Source of the DNA: Lama glama
Lineage: Eukaryota
Direction of reading: 5' to 3'
NCBI GenBank assembly: GCA_028534125.1
Contig: CM052817.1
Span: 55,802,001-55,866,000 of the forward strand
DNA: 64,000 nt
Below are positions 24,815 through 37,800 of this stretch, in pieces. Under the pieces are notes generated by a model. It saw nothing but the letters and a program-made list of their open reading frames with translations. It searched no databases and had not been told where the DNA came from. A program made the translations under genes and the position numbers. Each line of letters opens with the position of its first letter. Positions within the stretch are counted from its first letter, which is position 1.

Positions 24815-25110
24815 GCACAGTTATTTGCCTTATATGGACAGATGGCCATTAGGATGGAGAAAATGGTCAGATTCAGGAGAAATGTAAGAGAGACAAGCAA
24901 TAAGAACAAGTATTGAACACGGGATGAGGAGACAAAGATGTCATGGGGTCTCCTAAGCTTAGTTTTGGCACAAATGTCTAGATGGTGGTACCTTTCAGGA
25001 GGACACTGAACATAATAAAATTACATTTCAAGAGGAATCATGAGTTCATCATTGGGTATATTCAGCTGCCATTGAGACATTAAAGTGAAAATGTTGAACA
25101 GACAAGTATA
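24815..25110 (-). mobile_element. L2 fragment
   Basis: 'ggatggagaaaatggtcagattcaggagaaatg...gatggtggtacctttc...tgagttcatcattgggtatatt...tgagacat'. Confidence 0.7.
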
Positions 25111-26279
25111 GGCAAAGTTTTTCAAATTAACATAATAGATTTCTAATTTTAAATTTTAGCAAACTCTAGTATAGAGTTCAGCTCATATAAAGGCATAAAT
25201 TATTCATATTACAAGGCCATGGGAAAAAATGGTAACAACACATTTTGAATCTGCCCTATCATTTACTATATTCTCTTATGACATTAAGCATTACCTTACA
25301 TCATAACTCTCCATTTAAGAAACACAGGTAAAATCTCTAGAACTAGGAAAAAACAAACATGTTGCCTAAAATGTCAGCTTTTTAGAGTACATGAGACTTC
25401 CTTTTTTCTACTTTCAGTTGTCATCTGTTTGTCAAATTTAGTTAAAAAACTTCTGAGAACCTTCACTTTCTCCAAGGCAGTAAATCTGTAAAGCTTTTCA
25501 AAAAAAAGTCTCTCTATATTTCTACCTACCTACCTGTATATTCCTGAGTCTTTTCTCCCCTCCGTATTTCTATTCCCTCTTAGAATCAAGAAAATTAATT
25601 CACTGCTTCTCACAACTTCAAAAAGCTAGCATGTAAAAAAAAACCCTATATATACAGGATCACTCAGAGAGGACATTTCTTTTTTCCTCAACCTGAAAAC
25701 ATTTATTTAGCCATTTCACCAAATCAAAGCACAGACAAAAACATTAGAAAAGAATCAACGTTACATATTGTATTAGCCAGTAAACATTCTTTTAGAAAGG
25801 GCTGGCCAAGTGCTAATTAAGTGCTCTGCTGATTCCCTTTACTTTTCCTGAGGGTTTATTCTTTCTTCAAAGTAGCATCACCTGGACCTCTGAATACATT
25901 TGCTATTTAGTACTTCTGTTATTGCCAGTTTAGAGACATTCTTATCTGAGTCTGAAAAGAAATTTAGATCAAAAGCAAATGCTATCAGATCATAACACCT
26001 ATTAAATCCCAAACTCACCCTGATAAACAGTAACTTTCTGAAGTTACCAGCGAACTGATTAAACTGAAAATAATTTAACTGAAATTTAAATCCCTACAAT
26101 GATTTCCACCAAGTGAGTATAAAGCCACATATGGAAAAAAAGTAGAACAAATGCTATTCTGTTGGGTTATTATAAGACATGAATATTATTTAAATCAATT
26201 TAAAAGCAGTTCCTAAATGTATATTTCATTATTAAAACATACCCTTCATTTTTTCTTTTTGAATGGCGTTGAAAAATTA

Positions 26280-26540
26280 TTATTCATCCATTATTCATCA
26301 GGTATTTACAAAAAACCTCCTATGAGGTAGGCATTCTCTTAATTATTAGGATATATGACATTAAAAGAGATGCATATTATCCCTGTGTTTGCAGATCTTA
26401 TTTTTGCAAAAGGACATAGACAATTAGATACCCCAAAATAATAACAATAAAGGTTAATAAATTATGACTAAGAAAGCATACAGTGCTATGGGAATTCACA
26501 GAACGAGCACCTTACTAGTCTGGGTGGTTAGGGGAGCCTA
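26280..26540 (-). mobile_element. L2 3' terminus
   Basis: 'attcatccattattcatcaggtatttac...acctcctatgaggtaggcatt...cagtgctatgggaattcacaga'. Confidence 0.7.
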
Positions 26541-26689
26541 GGAACCATGATCATGGCTCAGTATTTGTGGGACAGTAATCCAGGTATGTGTCAATCAACG
26601 TAAGCTTCTCATTTTAGTTTCTGTTGCTGCTGTTCCCCACTGTTTTATCTATTTAACTGATTAGTAAGTTAGAATTTGATAAAAGACAT

Positions 26690-27153
26690 AAGTACCTTAG
26701 CTATGTTTCCGCCTCCTTACCTCCTCAGTACATGCTGGGCAGACCTCCAACCACTGGCACTTACATTTCTTTGCCTGGAGAGTTCCTCTGGATTCTGGAG
26801 GCGTCTCATCCGCCATCACAGTAAGCTAGAAGCACCGAAGAGTTCACAGCCCTGAGAAGCAGCTTTCAAGCAATAACAAATGGAAGCTTTTATAACCTCA
26901 GCTCCCTCACCCCTCAGGTGAGAGAATTCTGAGTCAGGTGTTCTACATTGGATATAGAGCTGAGTTCCCCAACAGACTGAGCTTCTTTAATCCAGTAAGC
27001 ACGTGCTTAACTGTTAACACTTTAATAGTCTGTTTTCCTCCAGTCTCATTTCCATGTCCCCCTACACGCATTTCCTGGGACCCTCCCAAAGAAATTCTTT
27101 GCACCAAAATACTTGCCTCAGGGTATATCTCTGGGTAAATTCAAAATAAAATA
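26690..27153 (+). mobile_element. ERVL solo LTR (LTR16-like)
   Basis: 3' end 'tttcctgggaccctcccaaagaaattctttgcaccaaaatacttgcctcagggt' and internal 'ataacctcagctccctcacccctcaggtg' match the LTR16 family. Confidence 0.75.
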
Positions 27154-28499
27154 GCGAGTTTAAACTGGTGATTGTATGATTTCACAAATTTGACTTTTAT
27201 ATGATCCTTGATGTTGAGAATTGGTTAATTTGTCTAAATCTTATACATTGATTTTATACTGTCAAGTTTTTATATTTAAATATTGCCCCTGGCTAATTTG
27301 TACATATTGAGTGTATCATTTAGCAATGAAACAGTGTTATGAATTTTCCAGGAAGAAGCATTTATATGACTTGATTAATTTTTCTACTAGTTCAAAAATA
27401 ATAAATATGTGTAAAATATATTTTTACTAAATACTACATAAAATACATATATAAATTGTTATTTTATATCCTAGGGGAAATGAAGAACAAAATAGATCAA
27501 TTCATGTAGGTGATAATATTTATTCACTACTAAATCCCCAGCTCTTAAGGTGAGACTAGTACTTAACAAAAATTAATCAATATTTTATAAACGAATGTCA
27601 CAAGGACAAAGGTTAAATAGTCATTGAGACTGATTCTAAAGACAGGCCAGCACTGCAGGATTTGAGACTATGCTATTGACTATTTTTGTTTCTTTAAGAA
27701 AATCTGTTTTTTTAATCAGTGAGTATACAGCTTTAGAAGCATCAGGTGTGTCAAAAAGTAAAGGACCTACTTGAATACAGCACAGGGATCTCATGTTAAA
27801 TGATTATCAGATTGAAGGAGATTGTGATTTATATCACCTGCAAGACACCATGAGCTGAAAGAGAAGTGATACAAGCAGAGCGCATGCTGTTTCCTGTGGT
27901 GCAGTAGTAGTTAGTGTAGCAAAAAGGTTACTGCCATTCATTTAAACAAAATGGGCATTTTATGTACCTTCACTGTCAGACAAGATGCAGTTGAGCAATG
28001 CTTTTGTCGAATATTATAAAGGGCATGAGTGACGGTGGTGGGGGATGAGGCAAGGGGAGAGAAAAAGCTATTTCATCTACTGCTAGCCAGCCCAAGAGAA
28101 CAGCTATTCTCTTTCCAGCATAGTATCAAGTGAGTTTTCAAATGACCCCAGCACTTTCTACTCAAAGAAAATCTTTCTAGGTGGGCAATTCAAACATTTA
28201 CTATTGACTCAACAGGAAACTGAAAAAAAAGAAAAAAAATATTTGGGCTTCCTTGCAATATGCTGTTTCACTCTCCTTGAAACAAAGGAAATTGGAATTC
28301 CTATATTTACTAAGTAGGGTGCCCTGGTTGGGAAGTATAGCTATTTCTAGTAACATATGAATAACTAACACTTTATAACTAGCCTCCTAGGGTGACCTGA
28401 AGATTTAAATAAATCATGAACATCTTTTCTGATGTTTTTACTTATAACTATAAAAGGCTATGTTATTGGAAATAACTAACTGGTTTACAGTTCTGAGCA

Positions 28500-28705
28500 A
28501 TAATGATAATGATGAACAGTTATCATGATCTAGACGGAGCAATCACCTTATACTAGAACAAGAGACCTGTCAAATAGCTTGTATTTACTTAATTTTATCC
28601 TCACAGCTGCCCAATAAAAACTATTATCACTATTTCCATTTTAAAGACAAGGAAAACTAAGTCTTAGAGTGGTTAAATAAATCTTCCACAGCCAAAACAA
28701 CTAAG
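28500..28705 (-). mobile_element. MIR SINE
   Basis: 'ttttatcctcacagctgccc...tatttccattttaaagacaaggaaaactaagtcttagagtggttaaataa' is the MIR core, antisense. Confidence 0.75.
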
Positions 28706-31029
28706 GAATATGATTACTACCCAATTCTGATAAGAATAAACAGAAAACTGTTAAGTGACTTAACATTACCCCAGTTCATAAAAATATTTTTAAAGTAGAT
28801 TTTTTTTTATTCTTCTAGAAGTTGTGAGAAACAAAACAGTTTGGGGTAAGATTTAATCATACCATGTGCAACAACACTTCTGTTCATTCACCCTTGGAAC
28901 AGAAGCAGCACAGCAGAATGTGTGCTTCACTATCTGGAAAGGTATACAAATTTTTATTTATAAGCAGGAGACAGAAGTGGGTAAAATGTTAATTTCTGCA
29001 TTGGTGTCTAATTCTGAGAGCTCCAACAGAAGAATCATTTGATTCATTGCATGCTTTTTAAATTCTGAAAAGCCTATTGAAAATTTATTTTTATAATATT
29101 ATACCAAAACTTTTTTTCACTGGGTTCATTTGAGGGACTAAAGTAACTAAAATGTAACAATTTTCATCATTAAGCTTTAAACAAACAATGAAAAAGAATG
29201 CATTTTTCTCACATTTGTTTCATTTTGTTTCATGAATAAAATACTGTTTCAGAACATTCAGTAGAAATCTGGTGTAGGTAGGTGGAACATGAATTCTAAA
29301 AGACTAATCATGTCTCTTAGGGAATAAAAAGTGATGAGGCCAGCTGTTCTCTTTTCTAGATCTGATTCCTAATGCCAGGAATGTCTTGATTGATGATGTC
29401 ACAACCCTGACTACACGAATGTTTATTTTTGAGTGAGATATAACTGCACAGGCATTTTAATGGTGGAAGGCCCTCAGAGTCTGAGAAACCGAGAATGTAT
29501 TAACCAATGCATTCAACAGTCAGGTTATAAAAGGAGTGATAGTGTAGATAAATCTTTTCTCACAATATCTGACATAAAGTCAGTAACTTTTGCTATTATT
29601 ATTACTAATTAAAATAAGACTTAACGATCATAGTCAAGAACATTGGATATTACTTAGGAATGAACAAAATAATGGAAGAATGGGAATGAAAAAAAATTGA
29701 GAGAATGTGAAACCAGCAGACTCAAAAAAAAGAAAAAGCAAAAAAAAAGAATGAGAAAGTAAAGTAGGAATGGATTAAGAGACTTCGTAGTTAATTTGGA
29801 GGGGGGTGTCTGTTACGCATCTTGACATCAAATACCTCCTACAGGCCTAAGCCTTCAAGTGCCTTTCCTGTGCTGAGCTGTACTGCACAGGAAAGGAGGT
29901 GAGATGGTACCATGGGAAGGAAAGCACCATTCCTTCTGTATCTAACATTGGCTACGGAGGAGGAGGATGAGCCTTAGCTATTGGGTACCATAAGTTCAGT
30001 AAGGAAGATTGTTAAAGACTTTGCAGAAATGATATAAAACTCTGGGTTTGTAATTATCAAGGTGAATTATCAAATGATACCATTACAAGTTATCCTCAGC
30101 ACAGTGAAATGTATGTGTCTAAAAACAGCCATGTGACTATGAATGAAGCTCTCCAGTAATAGTTTCTCATACTTTACAGTTACATTAATAATTTGAAGGA
30201 AAGTCATATAGAGAAAAGCCAACATGAAAGTATAACATGAGTCTTTAGGAAGAGTGTCAACTATATGAACTTCTCAAATAATTTGTATTTAGGAAAAACT
30301 ATTTAGCAAAATGAAAGCATTGAATGCAGAACCATAAAAACAATGATCTGAGAAAATCAAAGTGAAAAACAAGGAGAAGATAATTCAGAAATTATGAGAA
30401 ATGTTTACACACATCTGTAAGTTAAGAAGAGCCTCCTGCTTTGGTAAGTTATAATTTAGGTATTCACAAAACTTAAATATGAGACCACAGGGAGGTAAAT
30501 ACATGCTTCACTTGCATACAAGATTTGAAAGTTATATGGCCCAAATTAGAGGCTGAAGCTGGTTGAATAGAGCCACTAAATAAAACATTACAGGCACAAA
30601 GATTACCTCTATGGACTTTGGTTGATTTGGCTTAGAAGGAGATAAAAAGAAATTTTAAACACATTGTTGATCGACAGCTGGAGCACAATTTTGGGCTCTT
30701 GGTTGGACACATCTGGACGCGCTGATGCAGGAAGGAACTGGGTTGTGGTTCAAATGCCAGACTCTTTCTAGCCTAACCAAGTTTTAGTAGATTTTATTTA
30801 GTAAATGTTTCTTCTTTTATTGTATGCCCTAGGAAACATTTCCAGAGATACTATCTGTTTTGTTTTTTTTTTAAATAATTTTTCTAGGGAAGTGATCTCT
30901 GGAGTTCTTCATGCTGATGCATGGGCAATGAATCCTTCAACTGAAAGTCATTTCTTTGAATCAAAAATGTCATCTTCTTCAAAAAAAACACCTGATGCTT
31001 TTAATTCTTAGCTAAGAATTAACTCACCC

Positions 31030-31684
31030 AACTTCTTGTATCCTCTTCTAGACCTTCTATATCTATGAATTCGCCTATTCAAGATATCTCATATAAGAGG
31101 AATCATATAGTATCTGTCATTTGGGGTCTGGTTTATTTAACTTAGCATATTGTTTTCAAGGTTCATTCCTGTTGCAGCATATGTCAGGAGTTCACTCCTT
31201 TTAAAGCCTTAATAGTATAACATTGTATGTATGTATCATTGTTTATCCATTCATCTCTTGATGACTTTTGGGTAATTTGCAATAGTGCCCGCTGCTTTTT
31301 CCATCTGTGTTTCTAGTTATGTGAGAAAGAGATGAGTGAGTAAGTGTTTCAGATACCCTCCAAACAGGTTGGAAGAGACATACATGATAACTTGCAAGTA
31401 AGGTCTGCTCTACTCTCTCCAGTTCAAAGAGGGGGACTGGGAACCAGGTTGCCACCAATTAATAAGACCATCACTGCACCAGAGACAGTGCAAATGTGAG
31501 TAAAAACAACACAAAACATCCTACCATTTTGAAGACAGCTTTATCTTGATTGGGCCTTTGCTTCACCGCCATGAACCTTCAATTGTTTCCTAGAGGTCCT
31601 TCAGCTTGTGGTTGAGTTTTTGATGCTTCTGTGGGAGAAAGAGAGGTTGGAGATTCTTAGTCTGCATTTTTGCTGATGTTACTC
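31030..31684 (-). mobile_element. L1M (L1MB-like) remnant: ORF2 end/3'UTR start joined to the 5'UTR terminus
   Basis: 31050-31265 is standard antisense L1 'aatcatatagtatctgtc...ttcaaggttcattcctgttgcagcat'. It ends in 'ctgcatttttgctgatgttactc', the reverse complement of the L1 start also seen at 42170. Confidence 0.7.
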
Positions 31685-34149
31685 CTCACATATTTTAAAT
31701 TAAGCACTTTATCACCAATATATTTTTTTAAAGGAAAAGAAACCTGTATATATTCAGTGTATTAACAACAAGAAGGTAGAAAAAACATGAATTTCCCCAT
31801 TACCTCTTGCTAATTTTATGTCTCTTGCCCAAGGACAGAGGCTCCCGTGGGCTTAGTCATTCCTTCTCTTTCCACGTTAATGATTCTCCTTAGACAACAG
31901 ATCTTCTCTAAGAGTTCTTGCCCCAAAAAGGAACTGAAAGAATAGATTAGGATTTCAGGGTGTTACCAAAAAAAAGAATGGCTATAGGACAATCACAGCA
32001 AGAAAACCCCATCATAGAAACCCAGTTCTTTTGTCTCCACGCCTTCCCGATCACATAGTATTTCTCATTATTGCATTTCATTCTAGGACTTGGAAATGGA
32101 GCAGGGAAGGGTGGATTGTTCAACTATTATCAGCTCAATTAGTTTACTTTTCTTTGAGATAAGTACCTAATAGTAAACTTTCTCTTCCCTGGGTGAAACA
32201 TTTTAACCACTATTGTTAACCTTCATTATAGTAAGTTTTTCAGTCAAAACACAGAAGTTGTAAACCCTGATTATTTGTGAACATTAGGAACTTCTTATTT
32301 CAATTAAGCAAAGAAAAATCAAAGCATCTGGTGAGATACATTCCTTGTTTTGGCTACTTTTTTCACTAATCCCAACCCTAAGATGAAGTAATTACATAAA
32401 TGCAGCATACACATTACAAATTTAATGATAGTTTAAAGGCAAACCACAATTTAAAGAAATAAAATATTAACATAGTATGTGAGCAGGATTTCTAGAAAAA
32501 AAATACTATCATGAAGGGTATTATGGTTAATCATCTCTCCAGATATTCAATCAGTGATATAGTCTCAAATAATGTCATCTTACAACCAAGGGAAAATTGT
32601 ACCTTTAGTATGTATGTCCCCAAATCAGGCCATAATCTTTACCAATTACTTATGAAAACTATTTTCCTCAGTACTCTGTGACACTATTTCTCTTAAGAAT
32701 ATTTACTTCCAGTTTAAAAATAAAGAGAAAATTTAGAAAATCTACTTTCATAAATTAGCTATAAATTCATATTTTTACACAGCATACATATGTCAGAAAG
32801 TGAGCTGTGTTTTCAGAAACATCTTTGTTTTTACTTCTTTTTAAATTGTCCATGTCAAAATATAATCAGACATTTTCATGATGCCTTACTGAGCTCATGT
32901 TATAAGAATCTTTTTTTCTGTATGTTTATATACAGGTGGTAGGTAGCATGCAAATTTAACTCCTTGGTTCCCCAGCTTAAACAGAATATAGACATTATTT
33001 TAAAAGTGTCAGCTTCAAGATATTCAGACAGAAAATGTTGCCAAAATCTAACAGCCATTGTGTAATACTTAAATGAATATGATGAGCTTTATAAGCATTT
33101 AATCTCTATACTTGTGTCTACAAACCATTTTTTTTTTTTTGAAAACCAAAAAATTAGTCATCTGGGGATTTCATTTAAGTACTGGATATATCTGAAAGAA
33201 CGAAAAAAGTTTGGTTAGATATCTTTAACTTGAAAAGTCACAGACCTGTATAAGAAATAGCTATTATAAAAGATATTTAAGAATTTTGTGGAAAATAAAT
33301 ATCAATAATTAACACTTTCTGTATATCACTTGTAACACAACTCTACTTTTTTGTGCTTTACACTTCGATAAATTCTTATTGATTATGCTTAATTCCTTTT
33401 AGTATTAGACAATGTTATAAATACAGAAATGCAGCATCCATTTGAGGCAAGCTCTAATACTTACAGCAGTGTATCTTTTCTGTAATATGTTCTATTTTTC
33501 TAATATTACATTTTGTAAGTTCAGAAAAATCAATCTATGACATTTAAAATAATTGTATTTTAACATTAAAGGGAAATTATATTTAAATACTCCAATATTA
33601 GCTGCTTTTTTCCTATGAATGATTTGAGCTTTTGGCATCCTGTCTTCAAAGAGATGGTGTTTTAACTTATAAACAGACACTCCAAGAATGAAATACATAA
33701 ACTAGAGTGTATCTATGTAGAACAGAAATATTAAAATATGAGTGAAATTTCTGTAGCAAACAGTAATTTGCATCATAAGGGTTAAGTTGGTGGAGGTGAC
33801 TATAGCTTAACACATAGAGAAAGAAAACATTAGCTAAGTTACAAATGAAATACAAATGTTAGGGGAAATACCTAGAAGTAACAATATACTAATCTTCAAA
33901 AGGTGGAAGTAAATAAAAATAGATTGGGCAGTTAAATCTACAAAATAATAACATAGATCAAACAGTAAAAAATGAATGAGAAAAAATAAGTTTCTCTTTC
34001 ATTTCACTTTCTTAAAAATATGAACACATTACTTTAAACTGAAAATTTCATGTGCTGATGAAAAGAGAGTAACCTTTGAGAAACACAGACCTGAGTCTGC
34101 AAGCAAATTCAGAAATTAATGACTTTATTAGAATTTATAAGAATTTATA

Positions 34150-36540
34150 TTGACTTTTTTTAGAGCAGTCTAAGGTTAATAGTAAAATTGAGTGTAAGAT
34201 ACAGAGATTTCCTACAAATCCCCACCCCCATAAATGCCTAACTTCTCTTATCAACATCTTCCACCAAAGTGGTGACTTTGCAACAAATGATGAACCTACA
34301 GTGACCCATCATAATGACCCTGAGTAAATAGTTTAGAATACAGTTAATTCTTGGTGTTCTACATTCTGTGGGTTTGGACAGTGGTGTAATGATATGCATC
34401 CATCATTACAGCATCATACAAAGTATTTTCACTGCCCTAAATATCCTCTGTTCTCTGTCTATTTATCCCATCTAACCCCCACACCCAAGGTATCTACTGA
34501 CCTTTTTATTGGTCTCCATAGTCTTGTCTTTCCCAGAATGTCATATTGTTAGAATCATACAATATATAGCCCTTTCAAATTGGTTTATTTTGCTTAGTAA
34601 TGTGCATTTAAGATTCCTCTGTGTATTTTCATGGTTTGATAGCTCATTTCTTTTTAGCATTGAATAATATTACACTGTCTGGATGTACCACAGTTTATTT
34701 ACCTAACCACCTACTGAAAGACATTTTGGTTGCTTCCAAGTTTTGACCATTATGAATAAAGCTGCTATAAACATCCATGAGCTAGTTTTTGTGTGGAAAT
34801 AAGTTTCAGCTCCTTTGAATAAACACTGAAGAGTGCAATTGATGGATCATACGATGATAATATGTTTAGTTTTATAAGAGACCACCAAATTGTCTTCCAA
34901 AGTGGCTGTAGCATTTTGAATTCCAACTGGCCATGAATGAAAGCTTCTTTTGCTCCATATCTCAGAAGTGTTTGGTGTTGTCAATGTTCTGGATTTTGAC
35001 TATTCTAATAGGCATGTAGAACTATCTTATTGCTGCTTTAATTTGCATTTCCCTGATGACTGATGTACGATGTGGAGTGTCTTTTCATATGCTCATTTGC
35101 CACATGTATATCCTTTTGGGTGAGATCTGTTAAGGTCTTTGCCCATTTTTTAATTGGATTGTTTTCTTATTGTTGAGTTTTAAGAGTTCTTTGTATATTT
35201 TGAATAACAGTCCTGTATCAGATGTGTCTTTACCAATATTTTCTCCCAGTCTGTGGCTTGCCTTCTCAGTCTCTTGACATTGTCTTTTGCAGAGAAGATA
35301 CTTCTAATTTTAGTGAAGTTCAACCTGTCAATTATTTCTTCATGGATTGTGATTTTGGTGTTGTATCTAAAAGTCATCCTCATACCCAAGCTCATCTACC
35401 TTTCTCCTATGGTATCTTCTAGAAGTTTTATGGCTTTTCATTCTACATTTAGAATCTATTTTTGGTTAATCTGATCTACTTTTGGTTGATTTTTGTGAAG
35501 AGTACAAGGCTTGTGACTAGATTCAGTTTTTTGTTTGATTGTTTTGCATGTGGATGTCTAGTTGTTCTAGTACTAATTATTGAAAAAGACTGTATTTGCT
35601 TCATTGCATTGTTTTCGCTCCTTTGTTAAAGATTAGTTAACTATATTTATGTAGATTTATTTTTGGACTCTCTGTTCTGTTCCACTGATCAGTCTGTCAA
35701 ACCTTCACTAATACCACACTATCTTAATTTACTGACGCTTTATTGTAAGTTTTGAACTAGAGTAGTATCAGTCTTCCAATTTTCTTCTCCTTCAACACTG
35801 TTTTGGCTATTCTGGATCTTTTGCCTCCATAAAATGTTAGGATCAGTTTTTCAATATCCACAAAATAACTTCTGTGATTTTGATGAGGTTTGCATTGACT
35901 ATAAAGATCAAGATGGGAAGAACTGACATCTTGACCATATTGAGTCTTTATATCTATATCCATGAACATGAAATATTTCTCCACTTGTTTTAACTTGGGG
36001 ACATTCTCAGTCATTATTTTTGAAAATATTTTTTCTGTTACTTTTTCTTCTCTTCTCCTTTTGGTATTCCATTACACACATTGTGTAGTTGTGCCACAGT
36101 TCTTGGATATTCTGTTTTGTTTTTTTCAGTCTTTGTTTTCCTTGCTTTTCAGTTTTTGAGGATTCTGTTGATATATCCTCAGTCTAAGAGATCTTTCCTC
36201 AGTTGTGTCTGTCCAGTCTACCAATAAGCCCTTCAAAGGCATTCTTCATTTCTCTTGCAGTTTTTTTTTTTTAAATCTCTAGTATTTCTCTCTGATTCGC
36301 TTTCAGGGTTTCCATCCCTCTGCTTACAGTGTCCATCTGTTCTTGCATGTTGTCTTCTTTTTTCATTAGAGTCCTTAGTATATTAATCAGTTATTTTAAA
36401 TTTCCAGTCTGATAATGCCAACATCTCAGCCATGTCTGATTCTGATGCTTGTTTGGCCTCTTCAAATTGTGTTTTATTTTTCCATTTTGGTTTGCCTTGT
36501 AATTTTTTCTTGATAGTCAGGCACATGTACCCAGTACAGA
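34150..36540 (-). mobile_element. L1MC1-like element: 3'UTR, ORF2 C-terminal part, internal deletion, ORF1 fragment
   Basis: 3' end 'ttttagagcagtctaaggttaatagtaaaattgagtgtaagatacagagatttcc' matches L1MC1. ORF2 peptides 'KRLRRQATDWEKI' and 'RIAKTVLKEKK'. ORF1-like sequence from ~35990. Confidence 0.88.
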
Positions 36541-36929
36541 TTCCCAGAGTACTTTTCCTACAGAAAGAAAAAAGTGCATATACATTGAAAAAACAAGTTG
36601 TTAGATTTGGTGGTAGAATAACCAGGTATTTCTCATCCAATTTCTTAAATTTTTTAGCAGAGATAAGCCAAAGATATTGATGGTTATCAAACTGATAGCA
36701 GAGATGTGACGACCAACTATTAGGAAATGGTTGCTTTGGAAAGTGAGAAAGCATATCTGCCTGGGAATGCAATCATATAGCTGAAAGGTGTATGGTATAT
36801 CTATTTGATGTTTGGTACAAATTTTTTAAATAAAACATGGCAACACAGTTGTGTGATTTTTTTTTCTCCTGTGACAAACAGTTTTACATGTGCAGGCTCA
36901 ACATTAAATATGCTTGTTTTGAAGGATAA

Positions 36930-37800
36930 GCAGGATTAGGGTTTTGGCAGATAGGTGGAAAGATGATGGCATTAAGGATGTCAGTGAGAGTAAATCGATT
37001 TCTAGGACACAGAATTTAAAATAGGTAAAGAAAGAAAATAGGACATGGATGAAGTGATGAATAGGTTTAAAATGATTAAGTTATTTGAAGTTTCTAATCA
37101 GGTCAAATGACTGAAAATTGAGAATATTGGAGTCAGAAGTCAAAAGCCTTCCTAAAATGTAAGTAGCTAAGGTTAGTTGTCAAAAGATGCTGAGAATTTA
37201 TAAAGCCAAGAAATAAGAGGCCAGGTTTTTGTTTGATTTCCAGCATCAACAAGAAAGATGCAAGGAATAAAAGAACAGAGAAATAGACTGAGCAAGTGAA
37301 TCTTAAGCCTTCAGTAAAACAAAAAGGAAGGGGTAATTTGAAATAGGATGGCTGGCAGTAATACACTATAGATAATGCATAGTCTGATGACACAAACTTC
37401 AAGGATGTAGGTTGTTTTGAAGAAAAAGGGGAGGGAAAAAAAAGGGAAATTACAAGCAAGCAGAACACTTAGCTCTCTTCCAAGCCAAGAAAAGCCCAGG
37501 ATGCTGGGGAAAAAATTCACCATTTGAGAAAGCTTTGAGACAGACATTAATCTAAGTGGAGAGGTAGGTTTAAGTTTAGTTTAAAAAAAAAGAATAAGAA
37601 AAAAGAAAAGAGAGAGAGAAGGAAATTTTAAAAGATAAACTTGTGGATATTGGAGTTAAGTGACAGTTTTCAGAGGGTATATTAAAAACATATGGAGGAA
37701 ATGAGAAGTGGAAAATCGAGCTAGATAAGTAATACTATAAATACAGAAGTTGGAGGACAGTGGTTTAGATGAAGATGAATGAACAAGATCTACAAACTGA
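36930..37800 (-). mobile_element. Probable decayed L2 fragments
   Basis: Purine-rich stretch with L2-like words such as 'tgactgaaaattgagaatattggagtcag'. The match is weak. Confidence 0.35.
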
